From assembly GCA_964441155.1 (NCBI GenBank), contig CAYYKL010000001.1, forward strand, positions 88,393 through 152,392: a stretch of 64,000 bases of DNA, in the 5' to 3' direction. This DNA comes from an uncultured Pseudomonadales bacterium. GTDB taxonomy: Bacteria; Patescibacteriota; Microgenomatia; UBA1400; RBG-16-45-19. A program made the position numbers and the translations under genes. Below are positions 10,622 to 20,052 of this stretch, piece after piece. Under the pieces are notes generated by a model, which was not told where the DNA came from, ran no database searches, and saw only the letters and a list, made by a program, of their open reading frames with translations. Position 1 is the first letter of the stretch; each line of letters opens with the position of its first letter.

Positions 10622-12186
10622 TAGTGTTTCCTCGTTATTGTTTTAATAATAAAGGTTAAGAGCATCCCAAACCAAGCTGTGATCCAAATCCCCAACATCG
10701 GCCATTTTGCAATTGATGCTTTGTATTGAGAAACTTGCTGGACAAAAACCGAAAATGATTCAAATGAATAGTATTGGCTTGTGATATACCACAAGCTATA
10801 TACACCCAATCCTACTAGTCCTAGCCTAAGCATTGCATTGAACTGCGCATGCCAGCTTTTCGGCACCAACTGAAGCCAGCCAAAATAAAGCAATGCCATC
10901 TGCGACACAATAAGTGGGAAAAAATACCTGCCTTGAATCCCATGGCCGAAACCAAGCTTTAATATAGCTGACAATTCCCAGGCCACCAAGCCGATACCAT
11001 ATCCAGCATTACCTAATGCCAATGCTAGCCACAACAGTGGATTGTCCCCATCAACTTGCTTGCGCATCACTTTTGCTGCATAAACAACCCATCCGACTAC
11101 GCTAATGACCGTCAAAAGCTTAAATGCTCGAATAAGAGGCAGCGGAAATACCACCCCGAGCCATTTAAATACTCCCCAATACCAAGGTAATGTTTCGCGA
11201 TAAAGTCGTGATACCAACACTTGAAGAGAGGTGAGTAAGTCTGGATTGGCAAACATATCGCTAAGTGACAGTGGCCAATAGGGCAACCAAAATCCTTGAT
11301 TGAAAAGTTTCATGAGCGCGAAGACTAAGCCTAAGCTAGCAGAGGACACGAGCAATGCTGCAAATATTTTTTTCACGCTACCCCGATGCCTGAAGTAGGC
11401 AATTAAACATGCGGCAATCATCAGTGGAGTCAACAAAAATATTGTTTGCTTGGTGAGCATGCCCAAACCGAAAAGCAGTGCGATTGCAAACATTCGTTGT
11501 ATGGAGTAACCATGTCGAATAAGTCGCAAGCATGCAAGGGTTATTGCACTTCCTATAACTGTCACGAGCGTGTCGTTATTGATGCCACTCGAAACAAATA
11601 CCAACATCGGATGAGAGGCAGTCACGGTGGCCAAGCCGAGAGCGTGCGATGAATGCTTGGGAAACAACTCTTTCCCTGTTTTATATGCTAGATAAATAAT
11701 CCCCGTAAATAAGACTGCTGAACCAATACGCACTAGAAGAACGCGTGTGAATAAATCAGCTCCATACACCAGTCGATACCAGGCAGAGCTGTACCAATAA
11801 AAAAGTGGCGGATAGTGGGGTGATTCACGTCCTACAAATACTTTTCTTGCCTCCACCGGGAGGCTTTTCAACTGCTGCTCTCTGGAACCATCAATTCCCG
11901 AAACATACGAAATTCTAAAGCTTGGATTACCAGTAAATTGATTATTCCCTCGCTCATCGCGCAAAGTTCCCAACACTCGCTCACTTTCGGCAATTTCTTG
12001 CGATAGATCTGCTGACCCTCGCGGATCTCGACCTAGTTCACTCGTGTTTTGCACTTGCGCAAAATGTGCTTGCTCATCGGGAAAATGCCAAATAGGCATG
12101 AGAGCTGCCCAGACAACTGATGAAAAAAATGCAGTCAGTAAAAGCAGAGTTTCAAGTTTGAGAAATGAACGTAATCGTTTGCGCAT
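10621..12186 (-). CDS. Polytopic membrane protein with PDExxH motif (GT-C / DUF2142-like)
   Basis: 521 aa. WHFPDEQAHF follows the first TM helix, then about 10 further TM helices. ATG at 12186 confirmed. Confidence 0.4.
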   Translation of the reverse strand: MRKRLRSFLKLETLLLLTAFFSSVVWAALMPIWHFPDEQAHFAQVQNTSELGRDPRGSADLSQEIAESERVLGTLRDERGNNQFTGNPSFRISYVSGIDGSREQQLKSLPVEARKVFVGRESPHYPPLFYWYSSAWYRLVYGADLFTRVLLVRIGSAVLFTGIIYLAYKTGKELFPKHSSHALGLATVTASHPMLVFVSSGINNDTLVTVIGSAITLACLRLIRHGYSIQRMFAIALLFGLGMLTKQTIFLLTPLMIAACLIAYFRHRGSVKKIFAALLVSSASLGLVFALMKLFNQGFWLPYWPLSLSDMFANPDLLTSLQVLVSRLYRETLPWYWGVFKWLGVVFPLPLIRAFKLLTVISVVGWVVYAAKVMRKQVDGDNPLLWLALALGNAGYGIGLVAWELSAILKLGFGHGIQGRYFFPLIVSQMALLYFGWLQLVPKSWHAQFNAMLRLGLVGLGVYSLWYITSQYYSFESFSVFVQQVSQYKASIAKWPMLGIWITAWFGMLLTFIIKTITRKH

Positions 12187-12245
12187 AATTCGCTTCCAGA
12201 CCTACTATAGGCAATACAACTCTCTTTTGATAGACTTAAAGCCGT

Positions 12246-13235
12246 ATGAATGAACCATATACCGATAAAGCAATTTTAGTGACTGGTGGAGCTGGGTTTA
12301 TTGGCTCGCACCTCACTGATTATCTCTTAAACCTAGGCGCATTTGTCACGGTCGTGGACAATTTTATCACTGGCAACAAACAAAATTTATTGGGTGCTCT
12401 TGAAAACCCTCGCTTTCGCTTCATACAAGCCGATGCATCTCAACCACCAATGACGTACCTCCAGACTTCGAACGATGGCGCCATCGAACATTTTGACTAT
12501 ATTTTTCATTTCGCCTCCCCTGCTTCGCCTCGAGGCTATATGGATAAACCAATTGAAACCTATGAAGTAAATTCATTTGGTTCGCATTTCTTGGCTCAGT
12601 ATGCTCTCGAAACTGGTGCCACGGTCCTTTATGCCTCAACTTCAGAAAGCTATGGTGATCCACTGGAACACCCACAAAAAGAATCATATTGGGGAAATGT
12701 TAACCCCGTGGGGGTGAGATCCTGCTACGACGAATCCAAGCGGTTTGGCGAAATGGTTTTTTCAACCTGGGCAAGAGAGAAAAATCTCGATATGCGCATC
12801 GTGCGCATCTTCAACACCTACGGACCGCGTATGGACCCACGCGACGGCAGAGTCATTCCGAATTTTGTAAACCAAGCACTCAAAAACGAGCCCATCACTG
12901 TTCATGGTGATGGCACCCAAACCAGAAGCTTTTGTTATGTCGATGATTTAGTTCAATTTATCGTGCGCATGGCAGTAAGTTCTGAGGCTCGTGGTGAAGT
13001 CATCAACATTGGCAACCCGGACGAATACACCATGTTTGATTTTGCCCAAAAGGTTAAGGATTTAACTGGCAGTAATTCAGAAATTGTTTTTGTTGACCGC
13101 CCAAGCGATGATCCCAATAAACGAAAGCCAGATATTAGCAAAGCAAAAGCAGTTCTAAGCTACGAACCACAGATGAGCTTGGATGAAGGATTAAAAAAGA
13201 CGATTGAATTTTTCACTGAAAAAATCCATGCCTAA
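12246..13235 (+). CDS. uxs: UDP-glucuronate decarboxylase (UDP-xylose synthase)
   Basis: Near-collinear with the UXS1 family: ILVTGGAGFIGSHLTD...VVDNFITG...ASPASP...YGDP..HPQ.E.YWG.VNP.G.R.CYDE.KR...RIFNTYGPRM...DGRV..NF. An SDR YxxxK motif is present. Confidence 0.85.
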   Translation: MNEPYTDKAILVTGGAGFIGSHLTDYLLNLGAFVTVVDNFITGNKQNLLGALENPRFRFIQADASQPPMTYLQTSNDGAIEHFDYIFHFASPASPRGYMDKPIETYEVNSFGSHFLAQYALETGATVLYASTSESYGDPLEHPQKESYWGNVNPVGVRSCYDESKRFGEMVFSTWAREKNLDMRIVRIFNTYGPRMDPRDGRVIPNFVNQALKNEPITVHGDGTQTRSFCYVDDLVQFIVRMAVSSEARGEVINIGNPDEYTMFDFAQKVKDLTGSNSEIVFVDRPSDDPNKRKPDISKAKAVLSYEPQMSLDEGLKKTIEFFTEKIHA

Positions 13236-14175
13236 AACAATTCTTGTTACTGGGGGAGCGGGTTTCATCGGTTCTCATTTGGTAGATAAACTTATTGATC
13301 GGGGTGATTCTGTTGTCCTTATTGATGAATTCAATGACTATTACAATCCTAAGATTAAGCGTCAAAATATTTCCCAACACGCTCATAATCCCAACTTTAA
13401 ATTGTATGAAACCGACATTCGGGACTCTATAACGATTAACCAAATCATAGAAACACATAAACCTGATTGTGTGGTTCACTTAGCCGCACGAGCCGGAGTG
13501 AGACCGTCTCTCCAAGATCCAAAACTCTATTACGACGTCAATGTCATGGGCACACTTAACGTTTTGGAAGCAATGAAACAAAACAACGTTCCCCAACTAG
13601 TCTTTGCTAGTTCTTCTAGTGTCTACGGCAATCGCGCTAGTGGACCATTTAAAGAAACTGACAATACTGACGCGCAAGTTTCTCCCTATGGCGCCAGCAA
13701 AAAAGCAGGTGAACTTTTATGCCACACCTACGCACACCTCTATGGCATTAAAACGACGTGCTTAAGATTTTTTACCGTCTTTGGCCCCAGAAACCGCCCC
13801 GACATGGCATGCTATCTCTTCACCAAAGCAATTTTGGATCAAAAACCCATAACCATGTTTGGCGATGGTTCAACGGGTAGAGACTATACATTTGTGGACG
13901 ACACTGTCTCGGGAATTCTGGAAGCCATAGACCAGCCTTTTGCTTTCGAAATCATCAACCTCGGCAATTCGTCGCCTGTGCTACTTGAAGACCTCATCGC
14001 ATCAATCGAAAAGGTCGCTGGAAAAAAAGCGAACATTATTCCTGGAGCACTTCAACCAGGCGACGTGCAACTCACCTATGCAGATATTTCCAGAGCCAAA
14101 TTACTACTCGGATGGGAACCGAAAATCTCTCTTGAAGCAGGCCTCAAATCTCTCCATACTTGGATGGTAGAATGA
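13228..14175 (+). CDS. UDP-glucuronate 4-epimerase (NAD-dependent epimerase)
   Basis: ILVTGGAGFIGSHLVDKLIDRGDSVVLIDEFNDYYNPKIK and YGASKKAGELL match Cap1J/GlaKP-type UDP-GlcA 4-epimerases. The track ORF begins at a TTG at 13204. The ATG at 13228 leaves an 8-bp overlap with uxs. Confidence 0.7.
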   Translation: MPKTILVTGGAGFIGSHLVDKLIDRGDSVVLIDEFNDYYNPKIKRQNISQHAHNPNFKLYETDIRDSITINQIIETHKPDCVVHLAARAGVRPSLQDPKLYYDVNVMGTLNVLEAMKQNNVPQLVFASSSSVYGNRASGPFKETDNTDAQVSPYGASKKAGELLCHTYAHLYGIKTTCLRFFTVFGPRNRPDMACYLFTKAILDQKPITMFGDGSTGRDYTFVDDTVSGILEAIDQPFAFEIINLGNSSPVLLEDLIASIEKVAGKKANIIPGALQPGDVQLTYADISRAKLLLGWEPKISLEAGLKSLHTWMVE

Positions 14176-14179
14176 ACGC

Positions 14180-14467
14180 ATGAATAAGCAGTTAGAAAAC
14201 ATACAATCAAAAGCTCTGCCAATTTTAAAACAATATGGCGTAACTCAAGCGGGTATATTTGGATCAAGAGCCACTAATTTTGATTCCAAGTCTAGCGATG
14301 TGGATTTACTCATTGATGCGCCAGATTCACTATCTATATTTGACCTGCTTAAGCTCAAACATTCTCTGGAAGACTCACTGGGTATTCCCGTAGATTTAGT
14401 TGAATATAAGCTCCTCAAACCTTTTATTAAAAAGCGCGCACTCCAAGAAGAAATTAGGATTTTATGA
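14180..14467 (+). CDS. mntA: MntA-type nucleotidyltransferase antitoxin
   Basis: 95 aa. GIFGSRATNFDSKSSDVDLLID matches the minimal nucleotidyltransferase GS...DxD motif. Confidence 0.75.
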   Translation: MNKQLENIQSKALPILKQYGVTQAGIFGSRATNFDSKSSDVDLLIDAPDSLSIFDLLKLKHSLEDSLGIPVDLVEYKLLKPFIKKRALQEEIRIL

Positions 14468-14811
14468 ATCCCGTTGATCCCCGCCAGCACCTTCAAGACG
14501 CGTTAGACTCTATCCAGCAAATTCAGCAGTATTTTGAAGGCAAAAAGTCTGTTGATCTTGAAGAAAATGATATGCTTTTTGATGCCATTTTGATGCGCTT
14601 GCAAGTAATCGGAGAGGCAGTCAAAAAATTACCCAAACCTATGCATGAGCAGCATCCCCAGATTCCTTGGCGAGAAATTATCGCCTTAAGAAATTATATT
14701 TCTCATGCATATAGCTTTTTAGATGCAAGCAGGTTTTACACCATAATTGTCGACGATTTACCTAAGTTGCAAAAAGTTTTGCGCGAATTATTTTCCAAAT
14801 CTGATCAATAG
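14464..14811 (+). CDS. hepT: HepT (DUF86/HEPN) toxin
   Basis: 115 aa. LRNYISHAY matches the HEPN R-x4-H-x-Y motif. There is a 4-bp overlap with the upstream mntA. Confidence 0.75.
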   Translation: MNPVDPRQHLQDALDSIQQIQQYFEGKKSVDLEENDMLFDAILMRLQVIGEAVKKLPKPMHEQHPQIPWREIIALRNYISHAYSFLDASRFYTIIVDDLPKLQKVLRELFSKSDQ

Positions 14812-14822
14812 GTTTTATTTCC

Positions 14823-15758
14823 ATGAATAACACTTTTTGGCAAAAAAAACGCGTTTTGGTCACTGGTGCTCATGGCTTTTTGGGCAAACACTTAGTTGAT
14901 CAACTCAGAAAGACTAAAGCTGAACTGATTACTCCAACTTCAGATGAGTGCGATCTTCGAGACTTGAGTCAAGTTCAACGAATTGTCAAAGACATTGATA
15001 TTGTCATTCACTTAGCTGCCAAAGTCGGTGGCATTGGTTACAATCAACAAATTCCGGGAGAAATGTTTTACGACAATGTGATCATGGGCGCCCAGCTCAT
15101 GGAAGAGTCTCGCAAAGCAGGGGTGAAAAAATTTGTAGCTCTAGGCACCATTTGCGCTTATCCGAAATTTACGCCCATTCCTTTCAAAGAAGAGGATTTG
15201 TGGAATGGCTATCCAGAAGAAACCAACGCTCCCTATGGCCTGGCCAAAAAAATGCTGCTGGTCCAGGCACAAGCCTATAGGCAACAATATGGTTTTAATG
15301 CCATTTATTTGCTCCCCGTGAATATGTATGGACCGGGTGATAACTTCGACCCGGAGTCTTCGCACGTTATCCCAGCACTCATCAAAAAATTCATTGAGGC
15401 TAAAGACAAAAAGCAAAAGACAGTTTCTGTTTGGGGCACCGGCAATCCTACCCGAGAATTTCTCTATGTCGAAGATGCAGCTCGAGGGATAATTCTAGCA
15501 ACTGAAAAATATAACGGCAGCGAACCTGTCAACTTAGGCAGCAGCCACGAAATTAGCATTCGTGAACTTGCCGAAACAATTAAAGATTTGATCGGTTATG
15601 ATGGAGCCATTGCGTGGGATGTCTCAAAACCCGACGGCCAACCAAGGAGAAAGCTGGATACGAATAAAGCAAAAGATCTTTTTGCTTTTGAAGCTTCAAC
15701 AAACTTTACTAATGGATTGCCGAGAGCAATTGACTGGTATCGACAAAAACGTGACTAA
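14823..15758 (+). CDS. fcl: GDP-L-fucose synthase
   Basis: Collinear with E. coli Fcl: [11 protein letters not shown]...ICAYPK...[11 protein letters not shown]...[21 protein letters not shown]...[18 protein letters not shown]...[12 protein letters not shown]. Confidence 0.85.
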   Translation: MNNTFWQKKRVLVTGAHGFLGKHLVDQLRKTKAELITPTSDECDLRDLSQVQRIVKDIDIVIHLAAKVGGIGYNQQIPGEMFYDNVIMGAQLMEESRKAGVKKFVALGTICAYPKFTPIPFKEEDLWNGYPEETNAPYGLAKKMLLVQAQAYRQQYGFNAIYLLPVNMYGPGDNFDPESSHVIPALIKKFIEAKDKKQKTVSVWGTGNPTREFLYVEDAARGIILATEKYNGSEPVNLGSSHEISIRELAETIKDLIGYDGAIAWDVSKPDGQPRRKLDTNKAKDLFAFEASTNFTNGLPRAIDWYRQKRD

Positions 15759-15795
15759 AACCACTGTTATTACTCCAAAATCTTCCATTTTTTCA

Positions 15796-16569
15796 ATGGC
15801 TTACTTGATGGAAATTGTCGAGTTTCGGGATCTATTAAAAACGTTTGTTTCAAGAGATATTCGCGTACGCTATAAGCAAACAATTATTGGCGGAGCCTGG
15901 GCAATCGCACAGCCTTTTGCAACAATGGTAGTTTTCTCCTTCTTCTTTGGAAAATTGGCTAAAATGCCTTCGGACAACATTCCTTATCCAATTTTTTCTT
16001 ATGCTGGCCTTCTGCTTTGGACCTATTTTTCTAACGCCCTCACCACATCGGCAAGTAGCTTAGTAGGAAACACCAATTTGATCACAAAAATATATTTTCC
16101 ACGTATTATTATTCCAGTGGCTGCCACTCTGACTGGACTTCTTGATTATGCAATTTCCTTTATCATTATGGTTGGAATGATAATTTGGTTCCAGACGCCT
16201 ATAAGTTGGAATATTTTGTTTTTACCTTTAGTGCTAATTATCACCTGGTTACTTGCATGTGGCTTGGGTCTTTGGCTGTCAGCACTCAATGTTAAATTCC
16301 GTGATGTTCGCTTCGTAATCCCATTTTTTTTACAGTTGTTAATGTATATTACTCCAGTCATTTATCCAGCATCTGTTGCTGATCGATTTCGCTTTGTTTT
16401 AGCACTTAATCCAATGACTGGACTAATTGAAACTCATCGAGCAGTGTTGCTGGCTCAAAAAATTCCTTGGATAGAATTGAGCTGGTCGGTAGTCTATACC
16501 CTCCTTATTGTAATTTTTGGTGTTGTATATTTTAGAAAAGTAGAGAGAAGTTTTGCGGACATAATCTGA
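15796..16569 (+). CDS. wzm: ABC-2 type polysaccharide export permease
   Basis: About 258 aa with six TM helices and the ABC-2 signature region. The track ORF at 15598 overlaps fcl, and the first ATG after the fcl stop is at 15796 (MAYLMEIVEF). Confidence 0.8.
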   Translation: MAYLMEIVEFRDLLKTFVSRDIRVRYKQTIIGGAWAIAQPFATMVVFSFFFGKLAKMPSDNIPYPIFSYAGLLLWTYFSNALTTSASSLVGNTNLITKIYFPRIIIPVAATLTGLLDYAISFIIMVGMIIWFQTPISWNILFLPLVLIITWLLACGLGLWLSALNVKFRDVRFVIPFFLQLLMYITPVIYPASVADRFRFVLALNPMTGLIETHRAVLLAQKIPWIELSWSVVYTLLIVIFGVVYFRKVERSFADII

Positions 16570-16571
16570 GT

Positions 16572-17819
16572 ATGAACAATGACACAGTTATTCAAGTTGA
16601 AAATTTGGCCAAATTTTATCGCATAGGCGAGCGTCAGTCGTATCTTACGCTTAGAGACCAACTTGCTCGATTAGCGCTTTCTCCCTTTACATCTCGAAAA
16701 ACTGATCCTGTCAATGAATTTTGGGCTTTGCGTGATGTTTCATTTGAAGTAGCTCGGGGGGAAGTAGTGGGAATTATTGGAAAAAACGGTGCTGGAAAAT
16801 CGACGCTTCTGAAAATCATTTCTCGTATTACTGAGCCAAGCGCAGGTAAAATTACCTTGCACGGCAGTGTGGCTTCGCTGCTAGAGGTAGGCACAGGGTT
16901 TTCTCCAGAATTAACTGGCCGAGAAAATATTTTTCTTAATGGTTCAATTCTGGGTATGTCTAAGCAAGAAATAAGGAAAAAATTTGACGAAATTGTTGAT
17001 TTTTCTGGCGTGGAACAATTTTTAGATACACCAGTCAAACGCTATTCATCTGGCATGTATGTTCGTCTAGCCTTTGCAGTTGCAGCTCATTTAGACTCAG
17101 AAATTTTATTGGTTGATGAAGTATTGGCAGTTGGAGACGTTGAATTCCAAAAGAAGTGCTTACAAAAAATGCAGGCTATTACCAAGGGAGGCAGAACCAT
17201 ATTGTTCGTCAGTCATAACTTGGCTGCTATCGAGGCGTTGTGTAACCGAGGAATTATTTTAGAAACAGGAAGAGTTACCTATAGTGGAAAATCTTCTAAC
17301 GCCGTGCGCCATTATTTAGAACAGCAAAAAGTCCCATCGGATGAAAATTTGTTAAATAGGAAAGACAGACAAGGTGATGGAAGAGTGAAAATTAGTGGAT
17401 TTAGAATTCTAAATCAACAAAAAGAAATCGTAAGCTCAATGATGAGCGGAGACAATTATTGCTTTGAGATCGACTACCATAAATTTGTATCTGAAAAGCT
17501 CAAGAATGTGGTGGTGGGAATTAGTATTTATGATGAATTAAATATTCGTGTTATGGAGTTGCGCACATCATTTTCTAATGCAAATTTGAGCCTGACTGAG
17601 CAAAAGGGTAAAATCCAATGCTTAGTCAACGACTTGCCATTGACATTAGGAAGTTATACTTTTTCGTTAATTTTGACAGCTAATGATATAGAAATGCATG
17701 ATCTTCTCGAGTCTGCATACGCTTCTAGTGTTGATGGTGGTGATTTTTTTGGTACGGGAAAAGTTGGTAATCCTGATCGCTGCAAAATTCTTATAAGAAC
17801 TTCATGGCTATTGGGCTGA
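16572..17819 (+). CDS. wzt: ABC transporter ATP-binding protein with C-terminal extension (Wzt/TagH-like)
   Basis: Walker A GKNGAGKST, signature YSSGM, Walker B LLVDEVLAVGD. About 165 aa follow the NBD, comparable to the Wzt glycan-terminus-binding domain. Confidence 0.85.
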   Translation: MNNDTVIQVENLAKFYRIGERQSYLTLRDQLARLALSPFTSRKTDPVNEFWALRDVSFEVARGEVVGIIGKNGAGKSTLLKIISRITEPSAGKITLHGSVASLLEVGTGFSPELTGRENIFLNGSILGMSKQEIRKKFDEIVDFSGVEQFLDTPVKRYSSGMYVRLAFAVAAHLDSEILLVDEVLAVGDVEFQKKCLQKMQAITKGGRTILFVSHNLAAIEALCNRGIILETGRVTYSGKSSNAVRHYLEQQKVPSDENLLNRKDRQGDGRVKISGFRILNQQKEIVSSMMSGDNYCFEIDYHKFVSEKLKNVVVGISIYDELNIRVMELRTSFSNANLSLTEQKGKIQCLVNDLPLTLGSYTFSLILTANDIEMHDLLESAYASSVDGGDFFGTGKVGNPDRCKILIRTSWLLG

Positions 17820-17828
17820 ATTATTCGT

Positions 17829-19028
17829 ATGTTGAAGAAATTACTACCCCTTGTTTCTCGAGCCTTTGGATCTACCGGCAAATTATTGATTCGGGCTGCA
17901 AAACAAATGCACACCTACGAGTTTTTTGAAAATATCAACACAACTAAGCTTCCTGCCAAATCCAAAAGAGCGCTTATTATTTATGACACCTATGCTCTGC
18001 CTTATTTTTTGAATGATAAATTGGAATCATTCCCATATTTACAGAGCCATACAATGTACTGGGAAAGTTGCGAATTAGCACGTCTATTGAATCAATATGG
18101 ATACATTGTCGATTATTTGCATTACGCTTCAGATCGATCAATTGCATGGGAGAAGTATAGCCTTGTGATTGATTCTATGAACCATTTGCCAAATCATACG
18201 GTTAAAGGACAACAACGAGTTTACTACACAACACATTGTCATTGGTTATTTAATAATCAAGCAGAACTGCGAAGGCTCAATCAATTTCGAACTCGACATC
18301 ACCTTAACTTGCCACCAACACGCCAACTCACTTTTGGAAATGCTGATGAACAAGCTGACTACCTTACTTACTTTGGAACCGATTTTTTGCTAAACTCCGG
18401 ATATAGTCACGATCTAAAATCGTTTCCCTTGTCGATTAGCAGCTGCTACTCACCAACTACTTTTTCAGATGTTTCGAGCAAAGATTTATCTCAATTTTTA
18501 TGGTTAGGAGGTGCAGGAGGTGTGCACAAAGGGTTAGACTTGGCTGTTGAGGCAATTGAAAAAATACCCCAGGCGAAACTTCATGTTGTAGGTGGTTTTG
18601 AGTCTGAACCTCAATTTGACCACTGGTTAAAAGCGAGAAGTCGAAATGAGCCTAGAATTATTCTTCATGGTAGATTGCAAACTGATTCAGCGGTCTTTGA
18701 GCAAATTGCCCAAAATTGCATTGGAATCGTCTACCCCAGTTGCGCCGAGGGAGGTCCGGGATCGGTAGCGCAAGCATTGCACTTTGGATTGATACCCATA
18801 GTCACCAATAGCAGCAATGTTCGAGCAGAAGATTTGGGTTTTGTGATTTCTGAGCATGATGACGTGCCCATAATTGATTCTCTTATGGGACATATCGAAA
18901 CAGTGATGTCAATGCAGGTTAGTCAAGCAAACAAGCACAAGCGAACGATTAGAGCATATGCGCAGTCTCATCATACGCGCCAAGCATATTCTCAAAGCAT
19001 TATTCAACTCATAGAGGAATTCCAATGA
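17829..19028 (+). CDS. Glycosyltransferase, GT4-like C-terminal domain
   Basis: C-terminal CAEGGPGSVAQALHFGLIPIVTN resembles the GT-B E..G....EA...G.P motif. The N-terminal half is unassigned. Confidence 0.5.
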   Translation: MLKKLLPLVSRAFGSTGKLLIRAAKQMHTYEFFENINTTKLPAKSKRALIIYDTYALPYFLNDKLESFPYLQSHTMYWESCELARLLNQYGYIVDYLHYASDRSIAWEKYSLVIDSMNHLPNHTVKGQQRVYYTTHCHWLFNNQAELRRLNQFRTRHHLNLPPTRQLTFGNADEQADYLTYFGTDFLLNSGYSHDLKSFPLSISSCYSPTTFSDVSSKDLSQFLWLGGAGGVHKGLDLAVEAIEKIPQAKLHVVGGFESEPQFDHWLKARSRNEPRIILHGRLQTDSAVFEQIAQNCIGIVYPSCAEGGPGSVAQALHFGLIPIVTNSSNVRAEDLGFVISEHDDVPIIDSLMGHIETVMSMQVSQANKHKRTIRAYAQSHHTRQAYSQSIIQLIEEFQ

Positions 19029-20041
19029 CTTTGATCTCTAATGGGTTGCGATACCTAACAAATAGCTGCAGACAATGGCAGCGAGTGAGTATTAGGAATC
19101 GTCAGCGTGATGATATGGCTAAAATCTATGATGGAATGGTTGAGCGGGTTCCCGCCAAAACCATAAAAAAACACATTCATTCAAAAATGGCTCCTGAAAT
19201 TGAAAGAATTATTGACTTCGTAGATCGATATCGAACTTTAGAACCACCTTCGATTCCTCAACGAAACTACACCTCTATATCAGTGGTTATTCCTCATTAT
19301 CACCACTATGAATACTTAGATCTTGCTTTGACTTACCTAGAACGTCAGACAGATAAAGCAGAAGAGGTGCTCATAGTCGATGATATTTCTCCTGATCAGT
19401 CTAGACTGCTCTCTGTGATTAAAGCTCACCAAAAAAAATTACCACTTCGTCTCCTTAAGCCAAAGTTAAAATTGTATCCGGCGAAAGCCAGACAGTATGG
19501 CGCTGAAAACGCCAAAAGTGATGTATTGCTTATGCATGATGCTGACGATATCTCGCATAAAAATCGGATAGCATTAACCAGGTCTTTCTTTCAATCTAAT
19601 AAAAACGCTATGCAGCTAAATATTGGCTATGTGGAATTTTATAAGAAAGCTTTTTTTGATTATTTGGGGGATTTTTCAAATCTGATTTTGGATGATTACG
19701 TAGTGACCACGTCTGAAATTATCCAAGCAATGCGGGCGAAATTTATTAACCAACAACTTTCCATCCCCGATGCTTTCCGAGTACATTTTGGCGGATATGG
19801 CGCTAAGGGTAAATTTGGTTTCTTACCTCAATCCGGGCATGTTGCGTATCGAAAAGAAGTGGTTTCCCAAGTGGCTTGGACCTCCACACCAACCAACTAT
19901 ATTTTTACCCATTTTGAAGACTTTGAGTTTAATTTTTTATTATTGCTTGCTTTTCAAGCATCCTATCAATTGGATATACCCTTGATCTATTATCGTCGAT
20001 TCACGTCTACCAATGTTGTGAGTAATTATCGAGTTATTTGA
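19025..20041 (+). CDS. Glycosyltransferase family 2
   Basis: ISVVIPHYHHYEYLDLALTYLERQT...LIVDDISPD...LMHDADD, which is GT-A with DxD. 4-bp overlap with the upstream gene. Confidence 0.6.
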   Translation: MTLISNGLRYLTNSCRQWQRVSIRNRQRDDMAKIYDGMVERVPAKTIKKHIHSKMAPEIERIIDFVDRYRTLEPPSIPQRNYTSISVVIPHYHHYEYLDLALTYLERQTDKAEEVLIVDDISPDQSRLLSVIKAHQKKLPLRLLKPKLKLYPAKARQYGAENAKSDVLLMHDADDISHKNRIALTRSFFQSNKNAMQLNIGYVEFYKKAFFDYLGDFSNLILDDYVVTTSEIIQAMRAKFINQQLSIPDAFRVHFGGYGAKGKFGFLPQSGHVAYRKEVVSQVAWTSTPTNYIFTHFEDFEFNFLLLLAFQASYQLDIPLIYYRRFTSTNVVSNYRVI

Positions 20042-20052
20042 TAGAATGAAGT

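Noticed and set aside
15598-15795. N-terminal 66 codons of the track ORF 15598..16569 overlapping fcl
   Set aside because: This is a read-through of the frame upstream of the true wzm start. The first ATG after the fcl stop, at 15796, gives a normal ABC-2 permease N-terminus.
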